Virus record (IMG/VR): IMGVR_UViG_3300020239_000022
Span: 1 to 25,073 of that record
Direction: 5' to 3' (one strand)
Length of the DNA stretch: 25,073 bases
Source of the DNA: a virus
Lineage: Duplodnaviria; Caudoviricetes
The number at the start of each line of letters is the position of its first letter. Positions within the stretch are counted from its first letter, which is position 1. This document shows, piece after piece, positions 9,231-18,900 of this stretch. The translations under genes and the position numbers were made by a program. The notes beneath the pieces were generated by a model that did not search any database, had not been told where the DNA came from, and saw only the letters and a list, made by a program, of their open reading frames with translations.

Positions 9231-10070
9231 CTAACGGATTCTGCCCTCTCTTCTTGCTAAGTCGATCTCTTTTTCGTACTTTTCAAATTCGTGAGGTTTC
9301 ATCCGTCTGATTTCCTCAGAAGTCCACTCTTTCTTGCCTTTACTAGGTTCCGCTTTCTTTTTAGTTGGAACGTATTCAGCAGCAGAAGTGTCCTTCCGTT
9401 TTGATGTACGATTAATACCTTTATCGGCTTTATACAAGTCTAGTACCCTAGAAGCCCATTTTGCATCTGTGTTATTCTTAAGAACTCCATCTGCAATGGA
9501 TGGTGGTTGTTCTTCTAACCAGTTAATAAAATCTTCATCTGATTTAATAGTCATAAAGTCTGGATGTAATCTTAAAAGTTCTTGTTCAGCTTTCTGTTTA
9601 GTTAGCTGTACTCTTTCTTTCTTAAGTTCTTCAACTTCTGACTGCAGAGATTTAGTTTTATTATCTGCTTGAGAATATGCCACCGTTTCTATAACGTTAT
9701 AAACATCTGGATATTCCTGTTTAAACTTTTCTAGTTCTTCAGGAGTTTTAGGTGGCTTGTAATTAATACCACCATCTGATGCTTGTTTTGCTAAGCTTAA
9801 AAGTTCTTGTTCTTTTCCTTTAAACTCTTCTATTTTAGCGTCATAGTGCCTTTTTAAATCATCATACCTTTTTTTATAGTCATGTTCAGGTTCTGTTGAT
9901 TCGGTCTTCTCTACAAAACTAGTTTCTGTTTTTGCCTGCGGAGTAGCCTCTTGCTGAGTATCCTCTTCTGTGGTGTCCGCTTCTGGTTCATCATCTAGTT
10001 CTTGCCTGTAAGCTCCTTGATATGGAACTGGTTCTAGGTCTTCTTTTTCCTTTTGGTTTTCTTCGTTCAT
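9231..10070 (-). CDS. Capsid scaffolding protein (279 aa)
   Basis: Acidic disordered N-terminus, DYKKRYDDLKRHY, coiled coils, LHPDF...FINWL, C-terminal EIDLARREGRI; immediately upstream of the capsid gene. Confidence 0.8.
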   Translation of the reverse strand: MNEENQKEKEDLEPVPYQGAYRQELDDEPEADTTEEDTQQEATPQAKTETSFVEKTESTEPEHDYKKRYDDLKRHYDAKIEEFKGKEQELLSLAKQASDGGINYKPPKTPEELEKFKQEYPDVYNVIETVAYSQADNKTKSLQSEVEELKKERVQLTKQKAEQELLRLHPDFMTIKSDEDFINWLEEQPPSIADGVLKNNTDAKWASRVLDLYKADKGINRTSKRKDTSAAEYVPTKKKAEPSKGKKEWTSEEIRRMKPHEFEKYEKEIDLARREGRIR

Positions 10071-10080
10071 CTGTACCTCA

Positions 10081-10151
10081 ATGGGGGCTGTTGCTGCAGG
10101 TAGCCCATATTAGTTATTAAAGAGACAGGGTTGCTTTCGCAAGTAGCTGTC
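10081..10151 (-). promoter_or_regulatory. Tandem RNA hairpins with an identical internal loop in the scaffold 5' leader
   Basis: GACAG-CTAC-TTGC-GAAA-GCAA-CC-CTGTC (10124-10151) and ATGGG-CTAC-CTG-CAGCAA-CAG-CC-CCCAT (10081-10108), ending next to the GAGG RBS (10076-10079). Confidence 0.6.
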
Positions 10152-10153
10152 GA

Positions 10154-13100
10154 TTAGGTGTTGGGTCTTTCACCAACTGACATAAGACCCCTGTTGTTCA
10201 TATTTTCTAGAACATTGGAGCCTATATATTCTGTTAATTTCTTAGGTATAATGTATTCACCGTTGTGTACATTAACTGGTACTTTACCACCAGATTTAAG
10301 ATTTGTGCCTGCTTCGTTAGCTGCTCTTTGAACCATTCTGTTTATAGTGTCTTCACCATAAAGGGCTACTGCAGGCTGAGAGAGTACAAAATCTCCCTCT
10401 TTTAAAGTCATTGGAACGTCATCTGCTCTTGCAGACGGTGGAGCTTTGCCTTTTTTATTGACAAGTCCGTAATTCTTTGCTTGGTTACTATTATACAACA
10501 CTTTTTGATTTTTGTCAAGTATTTTTCCGCCATCTTGCATAAAAGACAGGCTACTCATGTCAAAACCAGTGTTTTTTAAACCTGCCTGTACTTCTTCTGC
10601 AGATTTTACTACTCCTGTATAATGTGTTAAATCTGTAATTTTGTTTTCAGCAATATACGCTAAATCAGCATACAAAGCTTCATATAAAGCCTCTAAACCT
10701 TCTTTTGTAGCTTGGAAATGCCTACGATAAACTTTACCTCCGTCTTGTGTAGACTGATCTTTACCATCATAATAGTCTAATCTATTTAAAAACATTTCTC
10801 TAGCAGATAAACCTTCTTGATCTCTATTACCTATAGTATAATATACTCCTGCACCCTTTTTACCTTGAGAATAATGTATTTGTAAGTCACCTTTAAAATC
10901 AAAACCTGTTGTTTTTTCTAATTCTTGTATGTAAGGCATCATAGGGTTTAGTAATTTTTGAGAAAACTCTACATTAGATGGGTTTGCTTTGCTAGGATCA
11001 TAGTCTCCCTGTGAGTAGGTGTTCATTTTAAACTCATCAAAGTCAAATGAAGCGTAGCCTGATTTATATGAAGGTTTTTTAGCTGTTAAGAATTGTAAAG
11101 CCATTGCTGCAATACCTAATACAGGATTTACAGAGAATAAGTAGGATGTTGCTCCTGATATAGCTGCTTGTTCTACATCTCCAGTTCTTAAAAAAGATAC
11201 TACTGCAGCTATTGTAGCTCCTCCTAGTGCTTCACCGCCTCCTATAAATTCACCAACAGCTTCAGCACCATATTCTGTAACTAAGTGTTGTACACCTGCA
11301 GTAAGAGCAGCTTCTTCATCACCGCCTAAAGCTAGTACGCCTGCTATAGAAGTTGCAGCACCACCAAAACCTCTCCATTTTTTAGCAATAGCATCACCTG
11401 CTGCAGTTCCTACTCCTCCTGCTGCCTCTGCAGCCTTTAAAGCATAAGACTCTATAACTTCAGTCTTAATAAACTGTGTACCACCTGCAATAGCAGCTTT
11501 TCCTGCATCACCAGTAACTGCACCTACTAGGATTGCTGCAGTAAATTCATCATATAAGTCTTTTAGTTTTACACTGTATGTGCCATCTTGCAGGGTAAAT
11601 AAATGGGTGTCTCCTAATTTTGCTATAGTATTTCGTATACTTCCTTCAGGAGAAAGTTGTGTTACATCTACTTCTGCTTCTTGTTCTTTTAACCACTCAT
11701 TAAATTCATCATCACTAGCCCAAGGTTGACCTGTATCAGGGTCTCTCATAACTGCCCCTTTTAAGTCTTTAAAAGCTTTAGTGTCATATTTACCAACTAT
11801 ATCACTAATATTAAAAACATCACCTTCAATAACAGCTAATCCATCTTTTAAATTAAATCGTCTACCCCCACCATACCAAGTTTCAAATGCAGTTTTTACT
11901 ACAGAATCACTTATATCAAATATACTGTCTGAAGCTCTAGGATTATTAGGGTCAAATGTACTAACACTAAATAAAGGTTTTACTTCTGTAACTCCTTTAG
12001 CACTTTCACCTGCAGCTACATCACTTGCCGTTCCTAAAACTGTTAGTGCAGCTATTTCACTTTCACTTAAGCCTGTATCTGTAGGAAAATCTATTGTGCT
12101 AGTTAAACCACTAGTATCTGTATAATCTAATGTAGTGCCTTTACCAGAACCACCCATAAACGGAGTAGATATTCTAGGGCTTACATAACCTTCTGGTGGT
12201 CTGAAAGAAGAAATTCGTTCTTCTTTTCGAGGAAAATTAGTAGCTGTTCTAGTTCTGTTTTCAAAATCTGCACCACTTTCACCAGGAGCAGGATTTACAG
12301 AATAAAAACCCTGTGTTGTGTCTACTGTATCTGCACTAGGAATATTATCTACAAAACCTGTAGGTTGTACTGTTTCATTAGGTAAGACTTTAGATGTAAG
12401 GCTTGGTTGAGTAGGTTTAACAAAAAAATCTCCGTCATCAGGGGGAGGAAAAAACCTTATTTCTGTTTCTCCTATACCAAAAGGATTGTCTACTTCTCCG
12501 CCTTCTTGATATCTCCATCTTCCTTGTACACCTACATTAAAATCTCCATCTTTACTATACCTTCCAGATAAAAGAACATTAGGATTTAAATTATATGTAG
12601 CTGTTATTTCTTCATCAGTAAGCGTAGCAGATAAATCTTTATAGTTTGCTCTTAAAAAATCTTCTGTAGCTTCTATATTTAATGGACCTCTATTAACATT
12701 TAATTTAGGTCCTTGTATATTGTCAGCACTTAAACGAACATTAGCATCACCAAATCTAAAAGGATTTCCTTGATAAGAATAATTTTCTTGAGTATCTGCT
12801 ATAAACGTACCATAAGGAGTATATATACCGCCTTCTCCTCTTACATTTCTTTTATCATCCATTCCTATATTTACAAAACCTTGGGGTGATCTAAATCCTA
12901 AATTAACATTACCTCTAACCCTAGCATTTGGACCTTCTTTATTTATATTAGGGTTTACAAAACCAAATCTATCTACAGAGCTATCTGCACCTAACATGTC
13001 TGGTTGTATATACATATTGGTGTCTAAATTCATAAAAGATTTAGTTTCAGGTACATTAGATTGGTACTCATATAAAGCTCCACTATTGTAGTCTTTAGTA

Positions 13101-13642
13101 TGGTCATAACCAAACGGTAAAGTATTTTGAGTAACCCTTTCTATACCTACATCTTTTACATATTTAGATTTTGTATATCTATCTTGTCCTCTAAGTAGTT
13201 CTTTAGTAAATTCAAGGTAATCTCCATTGTCTAAAGCTTCCATAGCACTAGGAAATTTTAAATACCATTCAGTTCCCATGTTGTAGGCTATATCAGTAAA
13301 AGCAGCTATTTTTTCAAACCCTGTAATATTTTTTGCTTTGGCTAATTTTTTTGCAGCCGTATGAGCTTTATTGTATTCTTTTAAAAAACGTTTTTCTGCA
13401 ACATCTTTGCTCATTACATATGCAGGTTTATTAGGGTCTTGTGTCCCATCTTCTAAAAGATTATAAGAAGCATAGTCTTTTTTATCAATCTTAAAACCAT
13501 AACCAATATGAGGAATATCTACAGTATCATCTGTGCCCTCTATTGTAGTAGGAACCATATGTACGTCAGATCGAAAGCCACCCTCTAACCTTTTAATGTT
13601 ATCCTGTAGTTCTTTTTCGTTTGTAATTTTAAGTTTAGCCAT
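10154..13642 (-). CDS. Large internal virion (ejection-type) protein with an N-terminal phage lysozyme (GH24-like) domain (1162 aa)
   Basis: IKRLEG...HIGYG...DIAYNMG...LKFPSAMEALDNGDY...ELL..SKY resembles T4-type lysozyme; Ala/Gly-rich hydrophobic helices at about aa 700-860; C-terminal ADDVPMTLKEGDFVL and VPVNVHNGEYII repeats as seen in phage internal/tape-measure-type proteins. Confidence 0.7.
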   Translation of the reverse strand: MAKLKITNEKELQDNIKRLEGGFRSDVHMVPTTIEGTDDTVDIPHIGYGFKIDKKDYASYNLLEDGTQDPNKPAYVMSKDVAEKRFLKEYNKAHTAAKKLAKAKNITGFEKIAAFTDIAYNMGTEWYLKFPSAMEALDNGDYLEFTKELLRGQDRYTKSKYVKDVGIERVTQNTLPFGYDHTKDYNSGALYEYQSNVPETKSFMNLDTNMYIQPDMLGADSSVDRFGFVNPNINKEGPNARVRGNVNLGFRSPQGFVNIGMDDKRNVRGEGGIYTPYGTFIADTQENYSYQGNPFRFGDANVRLSADNIQGPKLNVNRGPLNIEATEDFLRANYKDLSATLTDEEITATYNLNPNVLLSGRYSKDGDFNVGVQGRWRYQEGGEVDNPFGIGETEIRFFPPPDDGDFFVKPTQPSLTSKVLPNETVQPTGFVDNIPSADTVDTTQGFYSVNPAPGESGADFENRTRTATNFPRKEERISSFRPPEGYVSPRISTPFMGGSGKGTTLDYTDTSGLTSTIDFPTDTGLSESEIAALTVLGTASDVAAGESAKGVTEVKPLFSVSTFDPNNPRASDSIFDISDSVVKTAFETWYGGGRRFNLKDGLAVIEGDVFNISDIVGKYDTKAFKDLKGAVMRDPDTGQPWASDDEFNEWLKEQEAEVDVTQLSPEGSIRNTIAKLGDTHLFTLQDGTYSVKLKDLYDEFTAAILVGAVTGDAGKAAIAGGTQFIKTEVIESYALKAAEAAGGVGTAAGDAIAKKWRGFGGAATSIAGVLALGGDEEAALTAGVQHLVTEYGAEAVGEFIGGGEALGGATIAAVVSFLRTGDVEQAAISGATSYLFSVNPVLGIAAMALQFLTAKKPSYKSGYASFDFDEFKMNTYSQGDYDPSKANPSNVEFSQKLLNPMMPYIQELEKTTGFDFKGDLQIHYSQGKKGAGVYYTIGNRDQEGLSAREMFLNRLDYYDGKDQSTQDGGKVYRRHFQATKEGLEALYEALYADLAYIAENKITDLTHYTGVVKSAEEVQAGLKNTGFDMSSLSFMQDGGKILDKNQKVLYNSNQAKNYGLVNKKGKAPPSARADDVPMTLKEGDFVLSQPAVALYGEDTINRMVQRAANEAGTNLKSGGKVPVNVHNGEYIIPKKLTEYIGSNVLENMNNRGLMSVGERPNT

Positions 13643-13862
13643 TATCCCTCTTAGATTCTGCTCTAACCCACTCCCTCAACTGGAGGAGGGTTGCCAGTAA
13701 AGCCGCCTTCCCCTGGAGTTGGCGTAGTTCCTGTTCCGACTGTGCCACCACCAACGCCTGATGGGTCATTTGGGTTTGCACCTGCAGGAACTCCTCCAGT
13801 GCCTCCCATTGGTCCTTGTTGTTCACCAGGGGCAGGAGCCTCTTCGCCAGTTGTTTGTCCAT
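13635..13862 (-). CDS. Small helical protein (75 aa) overlapping the portal 3' end in another frame
   Basis: LLPLVNNKDQWEALEEFL...ELRQLQGKAALLATLLQLRE resembles the small protein that commonly follows portal in such podoviruses; AAAGGA RBS upstream; its end overlaps the start of the 1162-aa gene. Confidence 0.7.
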   Translation of the reverse strand: MDKQLAKRLLPLVNNKDQWEALEEFLQVQTQMTHQALVVAQSEQELRQLQGKAALLATLLQLREWVRAESKRDNG

Positions 13863-15780
13863 TGTTCAATCCTTTCAGCATTTCAGCAAATATTTGTGCT
13901 TCGTTCATGTCATTAACTAATTCGTCAGGGTCCATGTCCTGAGCTATAGCTAACTCTTTAATCAACGTAGGTAATTTAACGAAAGGAGCAAGCATAGGAT
14001 TAGTTACTGTTTGTAGTAACATTGTTAACCTTTGCGATCTTACTTCTTTCTGCATTACAGACGATGTACCTTTAGGCTTGATCTCCAAATCACCCATTAT
14101 GTCTTCTTCATCCTCTGAGAACTGCATATTCCACATGAACATACTTTCTCCTAGAGGTCTTAGAAGGTGGTCATCTATGTTTTTGATTACGGTTTTAATA
14201 CCTAAAGAGGCAGAACCCATCAACATAGATAATCCTGATGCAGTACGACCAGTACCAGTCACACCTGTTTGTCCGTGACTTATACTTGGTATACCAGTTT
14301 CTTCATCAGCAAGTTGTCTTGCTTTATCATACATTTGTAAATTTTCTACAGCAGTGCTTGGAAATTTAATTCCTGTGATACCTGTACCAGGAGCACCTGA
14401 CTGTCTTCTAAATATCTTTCCAGGGTATATATCCATAGACTGTCCTGGAACCATCATGTTTTCGTCTACTTCAAAAATAAGATTACCTGCTAATGCTAAG
14501 TTATCAATAGCCATACGTACATGTCCATTCATAAGAAGCTGTGCATCTTCCATATTCTCAGCTACACCTATACCAAAAAATCTATATGGGTTCTTTTCGT
14601 AAGGTACAACTTGATATGGTAATCTTTCTGGCACAAATGGGTTAAGAACTACTCTTAATATCTCATTACCACAAATCCAAGCATTAATATGTACTTGATC
14701 TAGGTCAGATGTAGATTCTGGTATGTCTAATTGTATTTCTTTAGCCATTTTAGCATCTAAAACACCCCAATATTCCAATACTTCGTAACGACCTTCACTG
14801 TATGTAGGGTCATTATCAGCATATAAATCATGCTCAAAGTATCTTTCTTCGTACTGTGTGCCCATATATAGTGATGCTTCTATAGCATCTTTGTCAAAAA
14901 ATGGTCTATTAGCAAGGTCACGTAGCTGTGATCTGTTCATTCTATGACGTTCTACTACATATTCTGCATCGTCTAGGCTTACAGCAGAAGGGTCAGGATA
15001 TAAATCCCAACAAGAAACAGCATTTAATCTAGGTACTAACTTATCTTGTGGGTCATAAAATCTAGTACCATCATCATCCTTGGACCATTTGTGTATTACT
15101 TTGTTGTGGTTAAATGGTCCTTTAACAATACCTGTGCCTAACAGACACTGTTCAAAAATACCTTTTCTGAGTTCGGAAACTGCTGAAGCATCTAGTAGTT
15201 GGTCATGGATTAGTTTCTCCATTTTACGAGCTGCTTCCTTAGCAGGAGATAGCTGTGGTTCTCCCATATTAGATGGTCCTGCAGCAAGATTAGCTTCAGC
15301 CATATCTTTTCCATATGGACCTAATTCTAATTCTTGTTGTTCTGGTTCTGTAGCTTCTAAAGCTCCTGCAGGTAAGTCTCTACCATCCCCTTCATACCCA
15401 TAAGGGTCTACTTGTTGATCTATTGGCGTTTCTAGGTGAACAAACTCTTCTATGCCTTCAGGCACAGGAGTAGGGTCTACAGCAATAGGAACTTTACCAT
15501 TAGAGAAAAGTATATCTACTAGCTGCCCAAAAGCAGCAAGCACTTTTACTTTTGTTATTTTAACAGTAACTTTAGAACGTTCTGATTGCCTATAGTCTTC
15601 ACTATCTTCTGAAGTTCCTCTATAGTTTTTGTAAGCACGTAACCAACGCTGTTCATCAGCTAAACGACCATCTTCTGCTTGTTTATACTTTGATCTTATG
15701 TAGCCTGCTAAACCGACCATTTCCTCATCGGTAATGTCTTTCTGTTCGCCAGTGCCTATTAGTTCACCTATCTCAGCCAT
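13663..15780 (-). CDS. Portal protein (705 aa)
   Basis: EQRWLRAYKNYRG, TKVKVLAAFGQLVDILF, GTGIVKGP, VSCWDLYPDP, FFGIGVAENMEDAQ, GRTASGLSMLM, VIKNIDD: podovirus portal motifs; between terminase and scaffold. Confidence 0.9.
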   Translation of the reverse strand: MAEIGELIGTGEQKDITDEEMVGLAGYIRSKYKQAEDGRLADEQRWLRAYKNYRGTSEDSEDYRQSERSKVTVKITKVKVLAAFGQLVDILFSNGKVPIAVDPTPVPEGIEEFVHLETPIDQQVDPYGYEGDGRDLPAGALEATEPEQQELELGPYGKDMAEANLAAGPSNMGEPQLSPAKEAARKMEKLIHDQLLDASAVSELRKGIFEQCLLGTGIVKGPFNHNKVIHKWSKDDDGTRFYDPQDKLVPRLNAVSCWDLYPDPSAVSLDDAEYVVERHRMNRSQLRDLANRPFFDKDAIEASLYMGTQYEERYFEHDLYADNDPTYSEGRYEVLEYWGVLDAKMAKEIQLDIPESTSDLDQVHINAWICGNEILRVVLNPFVPERLPYQVVPYEKNPYRFFGIGVAENMEDAQLLMNGHVRMAIDNLALAGNLIFEVDENMMVPGQSMDIYPGKIFRRQSGAPGTGITGIKFPSTAVENLQMYDKARQLADEETGIPSISHGQTGVTGTGRTASGLSMLMGSASLGIKTVIKNIDDHLLRPLGESMFMWNMQFSEDEEDIMGDLEIKPKGTSSVMQKEVRSQRLTMLLQTVTNPMLAPFVKLPTLIKELAIAQDMDPDELVNDMNEAQIFAEMLKGLNNGQTTGEEAPAPGEQQGPMGGTGGVPAGANPNDPSGVGGGTVGTGTTPTPGEGGFTGNPPPVEGVG

Positions 15781-15781
15781 T

Positions 15782-15979
15782 TTAGTAGTCTTTTTGGTCA
15801 GCTAAAGCATTAAAGTTAGAATCTACTTGATTCTTGCCTGAAAGGCTTTTTTCGTTAACAGATGATTCTTCTGCATGGGAATACTTTGTTTTAACCCAAC
15901 TTTCCATTTTTTCTCTGGATAGTTTTGTTTCGTCTTCCATGCCAAGGTCACCTTGTTTGTATTTACCGTATAGTGGCAT
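15782..15979 (-). CDS. Hypothetical protein (65 aa) upstream of portal
   Basis: AAGGAG RBS inside the 3' end of the upstream gene; stop lies 1 nt before the portal ATG. Confidence 0.7.
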   Translation of the reverse strand: MPLYGKYKQGDLGMEDETKLSREKMESWVKTKYSHAEESSVNEKSLSGKNQVDSNFNALADQKDY

Positions 15980-18900
15980 CTTCTTCTCCTTTTGGTTGGT
16001 TAATAAAATTTAAATTATTCATTTGATTTCTTATTTCTTCTGCTTTAGGGTCTCTAATAAATTTTTTAATTATTTTGCCCCCATATTCATCTTCTATTCT
16101 TTGTGCATCATCTCTTCTTCTTTGAACGGTAGCTTCTTTTTCAGGAAGAAATTTGCTTATTTCTTCATCTGACGTTCTTCTTGCAATATCTGGAGCAGCA
16201 CCTGCTAATTCAGATTCACTTAATTCTTCCATTGTGCCTGCAAAAAAATCTGGGTTTCCTGTACCGAAAGCACTTGCTGCAATAAAACTTCTTCCTATAT
16301 CTTTAGCTTTTTCTTTATAAACTTCTCCAGTAGTTACTTCTTTTTCAGGTGCTTTTGTTTTACTTATTAATTTAGCTGCTACTTCTGGTGATGATTTTTC
16401 TAAAAAAGTTCTTGTTTCTTTAGGGTCAGCACTAGGAGTAAACCCTAATTCATCTGTTGGTAAAAGTTCTTTACCTAAAACATCTTCACCTAAAGTGCTC
16501 ATATCAGCAAAATAACTTCTAGTTCCTAATTCTATAGCAGCCTCAAGACCAATAGCTGATGCTCTAGCACTAGTGCCATAAAAAGGAATTATAAAAGCTG
16601 CACCTTTTCCAAAACCTTTTAATGTAGTATTTAATAATTTTACATACTTATGTTCATTTGTAGGTTTATATCCACCTTTTATAGTTTGTTTAAAATCTCC
16701 CTCTGTCGTATCTTCTACATCATCTATATCATTAAATATAACAGCAGACCTTTTTGCAGTTCGTTCTATTCCTTTTGCTACTACAATTTGATCTGGGTCA
16801 GGGTAAGCAGCCTGAAACACCTGATTAAAACCAGTAGATCGTATTTCAGGAACAAAAGGTGTAGATGTTCTTAAATCTACAGTACCATCTTTTTTAAATT
16901 TAATTTTTTCTTTTAGTGGAGTTTCTAAATCTCCATCTTTTAATAATTCTTGTTCAGAAAAAAATACTACATCATCTATGATACCCTGTTCATTAAAAAA
17001 TTGTAAATAAGGTTCAAGCCTCATTCTATTTAATACTTCTTCTGGATATATTCTTTTTAAGTTATCACTAACTTCAGGAAAAGCATCAGGGTTATCATTA
17101 ATCACTGATTTAAGATAGTCTCTACTAATGTGACTAAAATCTTTATTATCACCTATAGGCTGAATAGATATAGCAATTCTATCTACTATTTCTCTTATAT
17201 TTAAATCCCTACCTGAAAGATTGGAATATCCTACAGAAAATTTTTGACCTTGTTTAGTTTTTAAAAAATTATCTAAAGCATCCTCTATCATTACCTTTTG
17301 ATATTTAAATCTTTCTGCACCTGAGTTAGCAACATTAGGAGGATATTGTAAATAATCTAATTGGTCTACTATTCTTTTTGTTAAATAATCAAATCTAGAA
17401 ACTTCTTCTAAAGTAAGAAATATATCATTTACAACTTTTTTATCTAACTTTAATTCTGCACCTTTATTACCTAAAAATTTTGTTCCTGAGAATATTTCAG
17501 ACAAACCTTTACTATTATTATCCCAACTACTAGAATCCCAATCTAACATGTCTCCTGCATTGTATTTATATATAGCTGCTTCATCTAATAAATTACCTAA
17601 CATTTTCTTAACATTATTATTATATCTGTTAAAATCTAAAGCATCTATAGATTCTTCTACAGCTTTTGTTGCATTATTTTCATCTAGTATTACATTCTTT
17701 TTAATTTTTGTTTCAGATTCTCTATCATACATATCATCAATAGCATCTGTTTGTTTTTTATCAAATACTGCCTGAGCTATTGCAGCCTTGTTCCAATTAC
17801 CCATCCTAGCTCTATCTATTTTTTCTTTTGTAGAATAGTCTGGAAAATTTCCTATAGTAGGTTCTTTTGTACCTTTAGGTACTTTTATATCTAATTTATC
17901 AGAAGTTACACCTAATTCTATTTGTTTTAGTCTATCTACCTGATCGTCTACAGATAGTATCTCTACACTGGGAGCAAATTTTTGATTAAAACTTTTACCT
18001 GATTGTTTGTACCTACTCGTTTTTGTAAACTTAGAAATCTCTTCGTCTGTTTTTAAATCTATTTGTTTAATATTCTGCTCTACTATTTTTTTATTTACAA
18101 TTTCTTTTTTTCTATTTATTAATTTTATGTTTTCATCTATCTCTATATGTTTTTGATAAGTTCTATCATATTCATAAAACTGTCTTTGAAAATCTAAATG
18201 AGTATCTAATATGTCTGCTTGTTCAGGAAGTATGTCAAATTGTTTTATGATACTACTTCTAGGATTTAAAGCATCAGAAGCATAAAATACTTTCATTAAG
18301 TTATCCTTGTGACCTAATATTTCTTGAACATATTTAGAATCAAGACCTGCTTGTATAGCCATAGTAGCCCAAGCCTTTCTAAATTTATGAGTTTTTTCTC
18401 TGTTCCATACTTTAATATCAAACAAGGCTTCACCGTTGGGTCCTCTTTTTTGTAATACTTTGTCTAGCCTACCTAAAACTACATTATCAGATACAGGTTT
18501 TGATATATCTGTAGGTGATGGAAACAACAAAGAATTAGGTTTTAGTTTTTTTAATTTTACTAATTCCATTAAGTCTTTCTTCATAGTTTTAGACATAGGC
18601 ACTATTCTTTTCTTTTTACCTGAACCTCCCTCACCTTTGCCTCTTTCTATATATATTAAGTTTTTGTCAAAATCTATTTCTTTTAATTTTAAAGAACTAA
18701 GATCACCTACTCTAGCTCCTGTATGTAATTGCATCTTCATTAAAAGATAATAATCATCTCCCATATTTTTTAGTTCATCTAAAACTGCATTGACACTTAT
18801 AAAATCTCTGGCATTTTTTTTAGAAACACTTATCATATTCATGCCTGATTCAATTACATTAGATTTAGGCAGACTCTTTATGTTGTCTTGCATAGCTTTA

